From an uncultured Verrucomicrobiae bacterium (GTDB lineage Bacteria > Verrucomicrobiota > Verrucomicrobiia > Chthoniobacterales > UBA10450), in assembly GCA_963838045.1 (NCBI GenBank), contig CAWIPQ010000002.1:21014-85013 (forward strand): 64,000 bases of DNA, written 5' to 3'. The notes beneath the pieces were generated by a model. It saw nothing but the letters and a program-made list of their open reading frames with translations, did no database searches and had not been told where the DNA came from. Made by a program: the position numbers and the translations under genes. Within the stretch, counting starts at the first letter, position 1; each line of letters opens with the position of its first letter. Shown here in pieces: positions 50,124 to 59,834 of this stretch.

Positions 50124-50762
50124 ATGGACCTTCCCAATACAATTCGCGTGGTACAAAGCGCCGTGGGCGTGGAGTCTGATGGTAAACCCGGACCGGAGAC
50201 GTGGGAGGCGATTCGCAGTCAGATTTGTCCCGGAACCGAGAGTGAACTGGTTAGCGCGGAGGACCTCGCCTCACCGCCATCCTCACTGCAGACCACCGAT
50301 CGGCTCGATGATCGAAGCGAGAAAGTTATCGTGACGTTGTTGCCGGAAGTGCAGCCATACGCGCGGGCATTGGTATCGAGGGCAGCTCAGCATGGGATCA
50401 CGATCAAGGTGATTAGCGGACTGCGCACCTATGAGGAACAGAACGATCTTTTCGCGCAAGGCCGTACCAGACCTGGAAGGATCGTGACCAAAGCGCGCGC
50501 TGGTTTTTCGAATCACAATTTCGGCATCGCGTTCGACATCGGAGTGTTTGAGGGAAACAAATACCTGGATGACTCGCCAAAGTACAAAGCGGTCGGCGTA
50601 CTCGGGATGGACTTGGGGTTGGAATGGGGCGGCAATTGGAAAACGATTGTGGATGAACCGCATTTTCAATTACGTCCGAAATGGGCGGCTGAAATGCCGG
50701 AGAGAGACATGCTTGCAGAGTTGCGCACGCGCAATGACTCGGGCAAAACAGCGTACGTTTAG
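50124..50762 (+). CDS. peptidoglycan-binding domain + M15 family (VanY / endolysin-like) zinc peptidase
   Basis: ATG 50124. PG_binding_1-like VVQSAVGVESDGKPGPETWEAI, with M15 motifs SNHNFGIAFD and VDEPHFQL. Confidence 0.8.
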   Translation: MDLPNTIRVVQSAVGVESDGKPGPETWEAIRSQICPGTESELVSAEDLASPPSSLQTTDRLDDRSEKVIVTLLPEVQPYARALVSRAAQHGITIKVISGLRTYEEQNDLFAQGRTRPGRIVTKARAGFSNHNFGIAFDIGVFEGNKYLDDSPKYKAVGVLGMDLGLEWGGNWKTIVDEPHFQLRPKWAAEMPERDMLAELRTRNDSGKTAYV

Positions 50763-50790
50763 GAAAAAACTGGAACCGCTTTGATTGCGA

Positions 50791-51051
50791 TCACGAATCG
50801 CCGCTGGAGCTGCTTTCCAAATATTCGAGCGCTTTGTCGTAACTTTTTCGCTCGAGATAATGCTTCAGTCGGGGATCAATCGAAGGCGAAAGTGCGTGAT
50901 GAAGCCGGTCGATCTTTTCCGAGACCGCGCGCAATCGAGCAATATGTTTTGCCTGGTCGCGACGGCTTTCCTGGTCCCGAATCACCGCGAGCCGTTCTCG
51001 CAGAGCCTGCGCCAGATCGGCCAAAGCACTTTCCGTTGTTTGCTGCTGCAT
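50791..51051 (-). CDS. hypothetical small helical protein (86 aa)
   Basis: ORF only; no family recognised. Confidence 0.4.
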   Translation of the reverse strand: MQQQTTESALADLAQALRERLAVIRDQESRRDQAKHIARLRAVSEKIDRLHHALSPSIDPRLKHYLERKSYDKALEYLESSSSGDS

Positions 51052-51060
51052 TTCCTCTGT

Positions 51061-51375
51061 TCAGCGACGCCCCTCGGCCAGCAACTGTCGCCTCGCTTCA
51101 AGCCAGTCGGAATCAGCGTCGCCGGCCAGTGCAAATCTCCGCCGCCGTTCGGAAATAAAGTACGCCCGGAGACGAATTTCCTCCTCTGAAGGTTCGGCAG
51201 CCGTGCGGTCTGGCTTTGCCTGCGGAGACGCTGAGATCTGTGTTGTTCCTCCAGTCATATCCTTTTTGTTCGCTGCCTTGCGTGGCTTTTTGGCAGCTAG
51301 TTGCGCGTCGTCCGCTCTGGCGCTTGCCGGTTTTCTTCGTTGCAACGGGCGCGCTGGACTCTGCAGGCGGTTCAC
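51061..51375 (-). CDS. DUF2934-like small protein
   Basis: The C-terminal EEEIRLRAYFISERRR....DADSDWLEARRQLL matches the DUF2934 pattern. The N-terminus is basic and low-complexity. Confidence 0.55.
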   Translation of the reverse strand: MNRLQSPARPLQRRKPASARADDAQLAAKKPRKAANKKDMTGGTTQISASPQAKPDRTAAEPSEEEIRLRAYFISERRRRFALAGDADSDWLEARRQLLAEGRR

Positions 51376-51506
51376 TCTTGTTTTCGATACTCTTGGTTTT
51401 TCTCGGCACGGATTAATATGGGTTGATCACTTTCGTTTATCGTTGATCGGCTCGTTCGCAAGTGCTTTCTCGCCCTTACCTTCGAGATGGGCTAGCATAA
51501 CCGGAG

Positions 51507-51941
51507 ATGGTTGGGGTGAAGCATTTCGTTTTCCGCTGGGCTATTACCACGATTGCGGTGATGGTCGCTTCGTCTCTAATTCGCGGGATACATTACGACA
51601 CCGTCGCGGCTCTGATCGGGGCCTCACTTTTGCTCGGTATTCTCAACGCCTTTGTTCGTCCATTTCTGCTGATCCTCAGCGCGCCTGTCATTCTTCTTTC
51701 ATTGGGCTTTTTCATTCTCATTTTGAATGGACTCTTGCTGCTTCTGGTGCACAGCGTGGTTGTCGGATTCCACGTCGATAGCTTCTGGAGCGCATTTTGG
51801 GGCGCGATCGTGATCAGCATTATCAGCTGGGTGTTGAGCGCATTTTTCCTCGGGAGCGACGGACGAGTTCATGTGTTGACCCATCACCGCGGGATACGCC
51901 GTGTTCGCGGACGAGTGCTGGAAGACGACGAGCGCCGCTGA
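51507..51941 (+). CDS. phage holin family IV / DUF360 (YvlD-like) membrane protein
   Basis: FRWAITTIAVMVASSLI.GI...LGILNAFVRPFLLILSAPVILLSLGFFILILNGLLLLLV, with 4 TM segments. Confidence 0.7.
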   Translation: MVGVKHFVFRWAITTIAVMVASSLIRGIHYDTVAALIGASLLLGILNAFVRPFLLILSAPVILLSLGFFILILNGLLLLLVHSVVVGFHVDSFWSAFWGAIVISIISWVLSAFFLGSDGRVHVLTHHRGIRRVRGRVLEDDERR

Positions 51942-51958
51942 GAAGCAAGTTGGCGCTA

Positions 51959-52561
51959 TCAGTCGAGATACTTGCTGAGCCGGGAGCGAAGTTCTGTGCG
52001 CGCCCGAAAAAGTACGCTTTTTACAGCCGGCACCGAGAGATCAAGGACCTCGGCGATTTGCTCGTAGCTGAGCTGCTGGTATCTGCGCAGCACGAGCGCC
52101 ATCCGCTGCGTGTCTGGTAACCGCTGAATCGCTTCCTCGATCGCTTGTTGTAGTTCCAACTCCAATAGAGAGGCGTCTGGCGCGAGGTTGGTTTCATCCT
52201 TGAGAGGCGGATCTTCCATGCCGGGTTCTGATTGAAGCGGTACAACGGGCCGACGTTTCGCACGGCGCATCTCGTTGAACACCAGGTTACGCGTAATTTT
52301 CAGCAGCCAGGTGGTAAACTTGGCGCGGGCCACATATCGCCGCGCGCTCTTCCACACCCGGATAAACACCTGCTGCGCGATGTCTTCCACGTCCGAACTG
52401 CTGCCCAGCATTCGCGCGACGGTGCCTGCCACCAGCGCCTGATGTTTTTGGATGAGCCGCTCAAGGGCCTGAGTATCGCCCTGGCCAATGAGCTCCATTA
52501 GCCGCACGTCATCGGCATCTTCCTCCGATTGGCCCTGATTTCCTCGGTCCTCCTGAGACAT
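51959..52561 (-). CDS. ECF-type RNA polymerase sigma factor
   Basis: Region 2 (EDIAQQVFIRVWKSARRY) and region 4 HTH (LSYEQIAEVLDLSVPAVKSVLFRAR). Confidence 0.9.
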   Translation of the reverse strand: MSQEDRGNQGQSEEDADDVRLMELIGQGDTQALERLIQKHQALVAGTVARMLGSSSDVEDIAQQVFIRVWKSARRYVARAKFTTWLLKITRNLVFNEMRRAKRRPVVPLQSEPGMEDPPLKDETNLAPDASLLELELQQAIEEAIQRLPDTQRMALVLRRYQQLSYEQIAEVLDLSVPAVKSVLFRARTELRSRLSKYLD

Positions 52562-52714
52562 CGTGACTTAGACGTTCGCACGCCGAAAAGCTTTCCAGAA
52601 AAACGCAATAGCCGGAATCCTTGGGCGTCTTATCACCGTCGTGGTCATCGTTTTTGTTGCAAGCCGGCAGCGGCCTGTGCATGCTTGACGAGCGATTAAT
52701 TCAGAGTCCGGCTA

Positions 52715-53859
52715 ATGAACTACGAACTTATTCCAAAAGAACTCAAATCGATCGCAGAAAAGGTCGAAGCGCAGCAGCGCATTTCAGAAGCGGAAGCCCT
52801 CACGCTGTATCACACGAATGATCTCAACGCGCTTGGAATGATCGCGAACGTCGTGCGCGAGCGAAAGAACGGGAACTACGCGACTTATATCCATAATCGT
52901 TACATCAATTACTCGAACATCTGCATCTTATCCTGCCAGTTTTGTGCGTTCGCTGCCAAAAAGCGCGACGCACATGCGTTCGAATATGCGATCGACGAAA
53001 TCGTGCGCGTCGTTGGGGATGCGCTCCCTCTCGGGGTCACCGAAGTGCACATGGTGGGCGGGCTGCATCCAACCCTGAAGAAAGATTGGTATCTCGATCT
53101 TTTACGCCAATTGCGCGCCCTCGACCAGAAGCTGCACATAAAGGCCTTTACTGCGATCGAGGTTCGTCATTTGGCCCAGCGCGTTTTTAAGATGCCGCTC
53201 CGCGACACGCTGGAAATTCTGCGCGACGCCGGACTGGGTTCGATCACCGGGGGTGGGGCCGAAATTTTCGATCCGGTGCGTGCGCGACAAAATCTGCCGG
53301 GGCAAGGAAACCGCCGCCGAATGGCTCGATGTGCATCGCACCTGGCATTCGATGGGCGGCCGTAGCACTTGCACCATGCTCTACGGGCATATCGAAACCG
53401 TCGCGCATCGGGCTGATCATTTACGTCATTCTGCGTGAACTGCAGGATGAAACCGGGGGATTTACCGGGTTTGTGCCATTCGCCTTCGAACCCACACAAT
53501 CCCACGGAATCCTCACCGACATAAAACGTGCCTCTGCATTCGAACAGCTGCGCAATCTCGCTGTCAGCCGGATTTATCTCGATAACCTTGACCATCTGAC
53601 CGCATATTGGGTCAGCCTTGGATTGCCGCTCGCGCAGGTTTCCCTCAGTTACGGCGTGGACGATCTCCACGGAACAATTCTGGAAGAAAAAATCTTCCAC
53701 ATGGCGGGCGCAACAACCCCGCAACAACAGAGTATTGCCGCGCTCGAGTACGCCATTCGCGAAGCTGGCCGGGAGCCAGTCCAGCGCGATAGTCATTACC
53801 GGCATATTCCGTTGGCCGCGACTCCGGCTTCTGCGCCAGCTGAGCTTGCGTGCGCGTGA
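52715..53859 (+). CDS. radical SAM enzyme of the futalosine menaquinone pathway (MqnE/MqnC family), two apparent frameshifts
   Basis: NRYINYSNICILSCQFCAF is the CxxxCxxC cluster. Three frame segments (52715.., 53253.., 53329..) together give a full-length protein. The shifts are near 53276-53284 and 53421-53425. Confidence 0.8.
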
Positions 53860-53894
53860 ATGGTAAGGCGCGACCGCCGGGCGCGCCGAAACGA

Positions 53895-54689
53895 ATGCTC
53901 CGCGTCGGCTGCGTAAAATACCTTAACGCCCGTCCGCTAATCTCGGGATGGCAAGGCAGAGTCGAGTTTGACCATCCATCGGCATTATGTCGGCGTCTGG
54001 CGAACGGCGAACTCGATGTCGCGCTTGTTTCCAGCTTCGAGTTCCTACGCAATCCGATCTATCAAATCGTTGATGATGTCTCGATTTCATCCGATGGCGC
54101 GGTTTACAGCGTAGTCGTTAGTCACCGCGGCGAGTTCTCCAGGGTCCGGGAGATCCAACTCGATCCCGCATCCAAAACCTCCGTCAATCTGCTGCGGTGT
54201 CTTGTGGCAGAGCTTGGGTCAAGCGCGAATTTGATAGAGAGCGAACCTGCCGACGTCAGCTTGCCAGCGACGTCCCGAGCGCAACTTCTAATTGGAGATC
54301 AAGCCATTCAGTTTCGCCAGAAATACGGCAGTGAATTCCAATTCTGGGATCTCGGGGAACAATGGAAGAAGTTTACCGGGCTTCCCTTTGTGTATGCTTT
54401 TTGGCTGATTCGCCCCGAAGTCGTGGATGCCGAATCAATCGCGCTGCGCCTTCGTAAATTGCGAGATCAAAACCTGGCAAACCTTGACGATTTGATCGCG
54501 AAGGCTGTAGACCGTGTCGGCGGACCGGGCGACCGCAAAATGACTCGCGAATTCGTGGCTCGTTACTACTCTAAATACCTCCGATTCAGTTTTGGAGAGA
54601 GAGAAAAAAAAGGTTTACACGCGTTCGCCGATTTATGCGCAAAGCACGGACTACTTCCGAAGGGCGATCCTGTGTTCAACCTGGTTTAG
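53895..54689 (+). CDS. mqnA: chorismate dehydratase MqnA
   Basis: MLRVGCVKYLNARPLISGW...FVYAFWLIR is the typical MqnA pattern. The gene sits next to the radical SAM Mqn gene. Confidence 0.8.
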   Translation: MLRVGCVKYLNARPLISGWQGRVEFDHPSALCRRLANGELDVALVSSFEFLRNPIYQIVDDVSISSDGAVYSVVVSHRGEFSRVREIQLDPASKTSVNLLRCLVAELGSSANLIESEPADVSLPATSRAQLLIGDQAIQFRQKYGSEFQFWDLGEQWKKFTGLPFVYAFWLIRPEVVDAESIALRLRKLRDQNLANLDDLIAKAVDRVGGPGDRKMTREFVARYYSKYLRFSFGEREKKGLHAFADLCAKHGLLPKGDPVFNLV

Positions 54690-54710
54690 GGTCAAGCGAT
54701 CCGGGTCAAA

Positions 54711-55220
54711 TTACCGCTTGTCCTGGTTTAAAGGGAGATCGAGATCGTAAAGTTGCCAGCCTGTCCCTGTAAAACGGAATCGGAGCTTGATTCCAGCACG
54801 ATCGACAACAAAACTGCGCAACCCGGTGAAGAACGCATACCTCACTCTCCACGAGCTCATGTCTTGTTTGCCGAGTGTAAAATAAAGCTGCTGCGGATTT
54901 TGGAGGTTCTTAAACGTTTCCGGATTTGAGAGTAGCGTCGCAATGCCTTCCGGCGTGACGTAGGCATCGATAATCGCATCGATCAGCGTTGGCCCAAGAT
55001 TGCTCCAGCGTTTGTGCCGGGCCCCTTTGTGTGCGAAGCGCGCCACCAACTGCCTCTTCAGTGACGCTCGAACAGAGGGAAAATCAATGCGGGAACTGAT
55101 CGCCGCAGCATTCCGCGACTGAATCGCCACCGTGAACCGCCAAAATGAAAAGTAAGGCGACGCTCCGTAAACCAGAAGCGCCATCAGGCAAACGATCACC
55201 AGCCAACGGATCACTCTCAT
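54711..55220 (-). CDS. DUF2939-like membrane-anchored protein
   Basis: N-terminal TM segment followed by ASPYFSFWRFTVAIQSRNAAAISSRIDFPSVRASLKRQL. Confidence 0.6.
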   Translation of the reverse strand: MRVIRWLVIVCLMALLVYGASPYFSFWRFTVAIQSRNAAAISSRIDFPSVRASLKRQLVARFAHKGARHKRWSNLGPTLIDAIIDAYVTPEGIATLLSNPETFKNLQNPQQLYFTLGKQDMSSWRVRYAFFTGLRSFVVDRAGIKLRFRFTGTGWQLYDLDLPLNQDKR

Positions 55221-55322
55221 TTTCCCCGATAGCCTTACAATAGTTTGCCTATTTAGAAAACTGCGACGCCGAAGCGATTCCTCCCCATGTTGTCACGCAA
55301 TGCAGAACGAATAAGCTGAACG

Positions 55323-57023
55323 ATGCAGGATCGATGGATTCTGCCGCCATGCGAAAATCTAAATGGTGGCGGTATTTCGTGGAGCGAAATTTGCGGGTCG
55401 GAGTGCATTGCGCGACTGCTTTTCCGCAAAGGCTTTCGCAGCGCGGACGAGGTTCGAAACTTTCTTCGGCCGCGTCTCAAGTCGCTCAGCGATCCATTTC
55501 TGCTTCCGCAAATGGAGACGGCAGTAACCAGAATTCTTGGCGCGCTGGATAGGCACGACCGCATCGTGCTCTTTGGGGATTATGATGTTGATGGCGTGAC
55601 CTCTCTGGCGTTGCTCGATGAAATGTTGAGAGGGTACGGCGCGTCGCCGGACGTTTTCTTACCGTTGCGCATGGAAGAGGGCTATGGCTTGAGTCGGGAA
55701 AGTGTCGAGCGTTGTATCGAGCAGCACCGGCCACAATTGCTTATCGCCGTCGATTGCGGCACTGCTTCAGTTGGTGAAATCGCCGAGCTAAAAGAACGTG
55801 GCGTGGACGTTATTGTGCTCGATCATCACGAGGCAAAATCTGCGCTGCCAGACTGCGTGGCGATCGTAAACCCGAAGACGGATCCAACATTGCCTTTTCA
55901 TTATCTCTGCAGCGTGGGAATCGTCTTCAAGCTCTGTCATGCCTTGCTAAAAAGGCGGCCGCTGCCCGGATTCGATCTGAAATCAAAACTCGATCTCGTA
56001 GCGCTCGGCACGGTCGCTGACATCGTTCCGCTCGTCGGCGAAAACCGCCTGCTGGTTCACCGCGGTGCGCTCGAAATTGCGCAAACCTCGCGCATCGGTT
56101 TGAAGAAGTTAATGCAAGTCGCCGGAGTGCGTCCGCCAATCCTGCCGGACGATATCGGTTATCGGCTCGGCCCGCGACTCAATGCTGCAGGGCGTTTGAG
56201 CACGGCGGAAAAATCTCTGCGGCTATTGCTGACGCATGATGAAAGCGAAGCTGCGGCGCTCGCCACTGAATTGGACCGGCAAAACCGCGAACGTCAGGAT
56301 GTCGAAAAGGAAATTCTGGCCGCGGCCCTTGCGCAGATTGACGAACAATTTGATGCGGCGCGTGATATCGGCATCGTGGCAGGCGCGCGCGATTGGCATC
56401 CTGGCGTGCTGGGGATCGTCGCGTCACGGATCGCACGGAAATATCATCGACCTGCAATTGTAATCGGCTTCGACCAGCACGGCTTGGGTAAGGGGAGCGG
56501 ACGAAGCATCGACGGTCTGAATCTCGTAGAAGCGTTAACCCGTTGCGGGGTTACACTCGAAAAATTCGGCGGCCACGAAATGGCGGCGGGCCTGACGCTG
56601 CGTGAAGAAAATTTCGATCGATTTGCCGAGGCATTTCGCGCTGCGGCGCGAGACATGCTTTCAGAAGAGGCTTTGCAGCGCTGCCTGCGTCTCGATCATG
56701 AGTTGCCATTCTCGGAGATCGATGTGGAGTTTCTGCGCTGGCACGAACTGTTGCAGCCATTCGGAAGTGGAAATCGGCAACCGATTTTTTTTGCGCGCGC
56801 TGTCGAGCCGGTCGCGCCGCCACGAGTTGCAAACGAAAAACATCTTATCTTCCGGTTGCGTCAGGGCGACCGAAATCGTCGTGCCGTTTATTTTGATGGC
56901 GCGACAACTGGACTTCCGGATCCGCCATGGGACGTGGCATTCCGAATTGGAGTGGACGAGTATGATGGTAGAACCCTCGTGGGAATGCGTATTGAGGCGG
57001 TTCGCGCAGCGGGAGCGATTTGA
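55323..57023 (+). CDS. recJ: single-stranded-DNA-specific exonuclease RecJ
   Basis: DHH motifs GDYDVDGVTS, AVDCGT, VLDHH and GGHEMAAG. Confidence 0.92.
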   Translation: MQDRWILPPCENLNGGGISWSEICGSECIARLLFRKGFRSADEVRNFLRPRLKSLSDPFLLPQMETAVTRILGALDRHDRIVLFGDYDVDGVTSLALLDEMLRGYGASPDVFLPLRMEEGYGLSRESVERCIEQHRPQLLIAVDCGTASVGEIAELKERGVDVIVLDHHEAKSALPDCVAIVNPKTDPTLPFHYLCSVGIVFKLCHALLKRRPLPGFDLKSKLDLVALGTVADIVPLVGENRLLVHRGALEIAQTSRIGLKKLMQVAGVRPPILPDDIGYRLGPRLNAAGRLSTAEKSLRLLLTHDESEAAALATELDRQNRERQDVEKEILAAALAQIDEQFDAARDIGIVAGARDWHPGVLGIVASRIARKYHRPAIVIGFDQHGLGKGSGRSIDGLNLVEALTRCGVTLEKFGGHEMAAGLTLREENFDRFAEAFRAAARDMLSEEALQRCLRLDHELPFSEIDVEFLRWHELLQPFGSGNRQPIFFARAVEPVAPPRVANEKHLIFRLRQGDRNRRAVYFDGATTGLPDPPWDVAFRIGVDEYDGRTLVGMRIEAVRAAGAI

Positions 57024-58223
57024 AAAGGCAGTTCGACCTGGTCGCAGCGGAGCGAGATGCCTTTGTGCTACCGTCCTGTCACGCCACCTGTTCATAGACT
57101 TCAGTCGGAATGGCGGCACGAACAATGACCGATTTTTCAACAACCCTTGAGGAATTAGGCTGGATTCAACGGCCGCGTCTGCTCGCGCTCCGACGTCTTG
57201 GCATCGAGACCGTAGAAGATTTGCTGACGCATTTTCCCCGTAGGCACGAGGATCGCACGGAGTTTCCGCATTTCCCCCGGGAGGAAAGCGAGGTTCCAAT
57301 GTGTCTCTGCGGCGAGGTCATTAAAACGTCACTGCGCCGGTTTGGCGGATGGAAGAAAATCTTTGAAGCAACGCTCCAGGAGTCGCAACCAAACGCGCTC
57401 AGCGAGCCGCTCGTGTGCCGTTGGTTCAATCTGCATTACGTGCAAAAAATGATCGCCACAGGCCAGCGCCTCGTTGTTTTTGGCAAACCGCGACTGCGCG
57501 GGAAACGGATTTGCATGGATCATCCGGAGTTTGAGGTGATCGAGAACGACGAAGAAATGTCGATCCATTTTCGACGCATCACGCCGATTTATCCGGCGAC
57601 AGAAGGTCTGTCACAACGCGTCTTGCGCGGCATTATTTATCGCGTCTTACAGGAAGTTTCAGATTCGGCTTGGGAACCGATCGCCCCTCACGGTCTGGTG
57701 CCCGGTCAGCGATCGCAAGCGATTCGCGCCATTCATTTTCCGGAGAACCTGGAGGCGCGCGACGCTGCACGCGAGCATCTGGTGCTCTCAGAGTTCTTCA
57801 CCATGCAAATGCTGATCGCTTCGCATCGTTTCGAATCATCCTCGCGCCCCGGTGAGTCGCACTGCGGGTCAGGCGCGCTGCTGGACAAATTCCTGAAGAC
57901 GCTTCCTTTCGAATTGACCGGTGCACAGCGAAAAGTGATCTCGGAAATCCGCCATGATTTGGCGGCGAATTATCCGATGAACCGATTATTGCACGGCGAC
58001 GTCGGTTCGGGAAAAACTGTGGTCGCCATCGCGGCGATGCTGCTCGCGGTTGAAGCCGGGTTTGAGGCGGCGTTCATGGCGCCGACGCAAATTCTGGCAG
58101 AGCAACATTACGAAGTGCTGCGCCGCTGGCTGGAGCCACTGGGCTTGCGTGTTTCGTTGCGAACAGGCGCAAGGCAGGAAGACGGCGGCCCGCTGCCGCT
58201 CTTTGAACGCGACAGCACAAACT

Positions 58224-58840
58224 CCGGGGAGCACAGGCTGCCAGCCTGTCGTGTCCGGCAGCCTGCCGGACACTAAGACGCGTGGAAGGTTCAAAGGCGT
58301 GGAAGGTCCAAGTTATAGCCGACGCAATCTTCCCCACTTTGAGCGGCCGTGGGCAAAATACGCAATTACATTCGCCACACGAAATCACAGACAATTGTCG
58401 TACAAGGCGCGTGATATCGTACTCGAATCGATTCTGCATTGGAAGGATCTCCGGTACGAATCTGTACGCGGCGTGTGTGATGCCTGATCACGTGCATCTG
58501 TTGATTGAACCCATGATCGAACGTGCTCCGGCGTCTGGTGACCCGGCTTTTTTTGCGGTCCCGAAGATTCTGCGCAGCATCAAGTCGTTCACGGCAACAG
58601 AAATCAACAAGGTGGAGAAGAAAAAGGAGGTCGTATGGGAAACCGAATCCTTTGATCGGTTGATTCGATCCGAGAGGGATCTGCAGGAAAAGTTTCATTA
58701 TATCACGCGCAATCCTTGGGATTCAGGGGTGGTGGAGCGGGGCAAAGATTATCGTTGGGTTTGGTATCCTGGGAGCGGCGATGCTCATGAGTTCGCGGCA
58801 AGCTGCCGCGAACGACAGGCTGGCAGCCTGTGCTCCCCGG
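58224..58840 (+). mobile_element. RayT-type HUH/Y1 transposase element bounded by perfect 29-bp inverted repeats
   Basis: 58224-58252 (CCGGGGAGCACAGGCTGCCAGCCTGTCGT) is the exact reverse complement of 58812-58840. The inner flanks continue as an imperfect IR (14 of 21 positions) and each end forms its own hairpins. Confidence 0.85.
58299..58840 (+). CDS. RayT-like REP-associated tyrosine transposase (one apparent +1 frameshift; no stop codon inside the element)
   Basis: The GTG 58299 frame gives SRRNLPHFERPWAKYAITFATRN...KDLRYE. After an extra base near 58461 the next frame gives LYAACVMPDHVHLLIEP (HUH)...ESFDRLIR...FHYITRNPWDSGVV (Tyr region). Confidence 0.7.
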
Positions 58841-59834
58841 ATGAGAAACACCTCGCTCCCAATATTCCTCAAATCGTCGTCGGGACGCACGCATTGCTGT
58901 ATGAATCAGTTTCCTTCTCGAAACTGGGATTGGCGGTCATTGATGAACAGCACAAGTTCGGCGTCGCGCAGCGCGCTCGCCTAACAGCGCGCGAACCGGC
59001 GCCGGATGTGCTTGTCATGACGGCTACGCCGATTCCGCGCACGCTGACGATGACCATCTATGGCGACCTCGACCTATCGACAATTGATGAGATGCCGGGG
59101 CACCGCGGAAAAATTATCACTGCAGTCCGGGATACTTCGAAGCTGGGTGAAGTACTCAGTTTTTTGCGATCGGAATTGGAGAAAGGACGTCAGCTTTATG
59201 TGATCTATCCATTGATTGATGAAAGCGAGAAGCTCGACGTGAAAGCGGCCGCTGCGGAATACGAGCTCTGGCGTGAACGTCTGCATCCGTACCGCTGCGA
59301 ACTGCTTCACGGCCGGATTCCAGCGCCGGAGAAACAGCAGATCATGGATCGTTTTCGACGTGGCGAGACGAGCGCGCTGATCAGTACAACCGTGCTCGAG
59401 GTCGGTGTGGATGTACCGAATGCCACCGTGATGCTGATCGAAAATCCGGAACGCTTTGGTCTCGCGCAGTTGCATCAACTCCGTGGACGAATCGGCCGCG
59501 GCGAACACAAGTCATATTGCATTTTACTGGGCCCCAAACAGGAAAAGGAGGCGGCCGCGAAACTCGCGGTTTTGGAACGAACAACAAATGGCTTCGAAGT
59601 AGCGGAAGCAGACTGGGAATTGCGCGGTCCGGGCGATCTGCTCGGCACAGCACAGAGCGGCCTTCCGGCGCTGAAGATTGGCGATCTAAAACGCGATGCA
59701 GACCTGATGCGCCGTGCCCGGGCTGCAGCGATGTCGATCTTTGAAATGGACCCCCGCCTGGAGCTGCCCGAAAATCAACGTTTCCGGCGTTTAATTGTCG
59801 AACAACAGGGACAGAGTTTCTCGCACGTTAGTTG

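Noticed and set aside
50791-51375. Toxin-antitoxin pair (two adjacent small minus-strand genes)
   Set aside because: There is no recognisable toxin or antitoxin fold. One gene is DUF2934-like with a long basic low-complexity N-terminus. The 10-nt spacing alone is not evidence.
49774-52561. Prophage remnant
   Set aside because: Only an M15 peptidase and a DUF360 protein are phage-like. There are no integrase, capsid, tail or att-like repeats. It is kept only as a low-interest finding.
58224-58840. An intein or group I/II intron interrupting recG
   Set aside because: The flanking frames differ. The insert has no intein splice-junction residues or intron-like structure. It encodes HUH and Tyr motifs and has terminal inverted repeats, so a transposable unit fits better.
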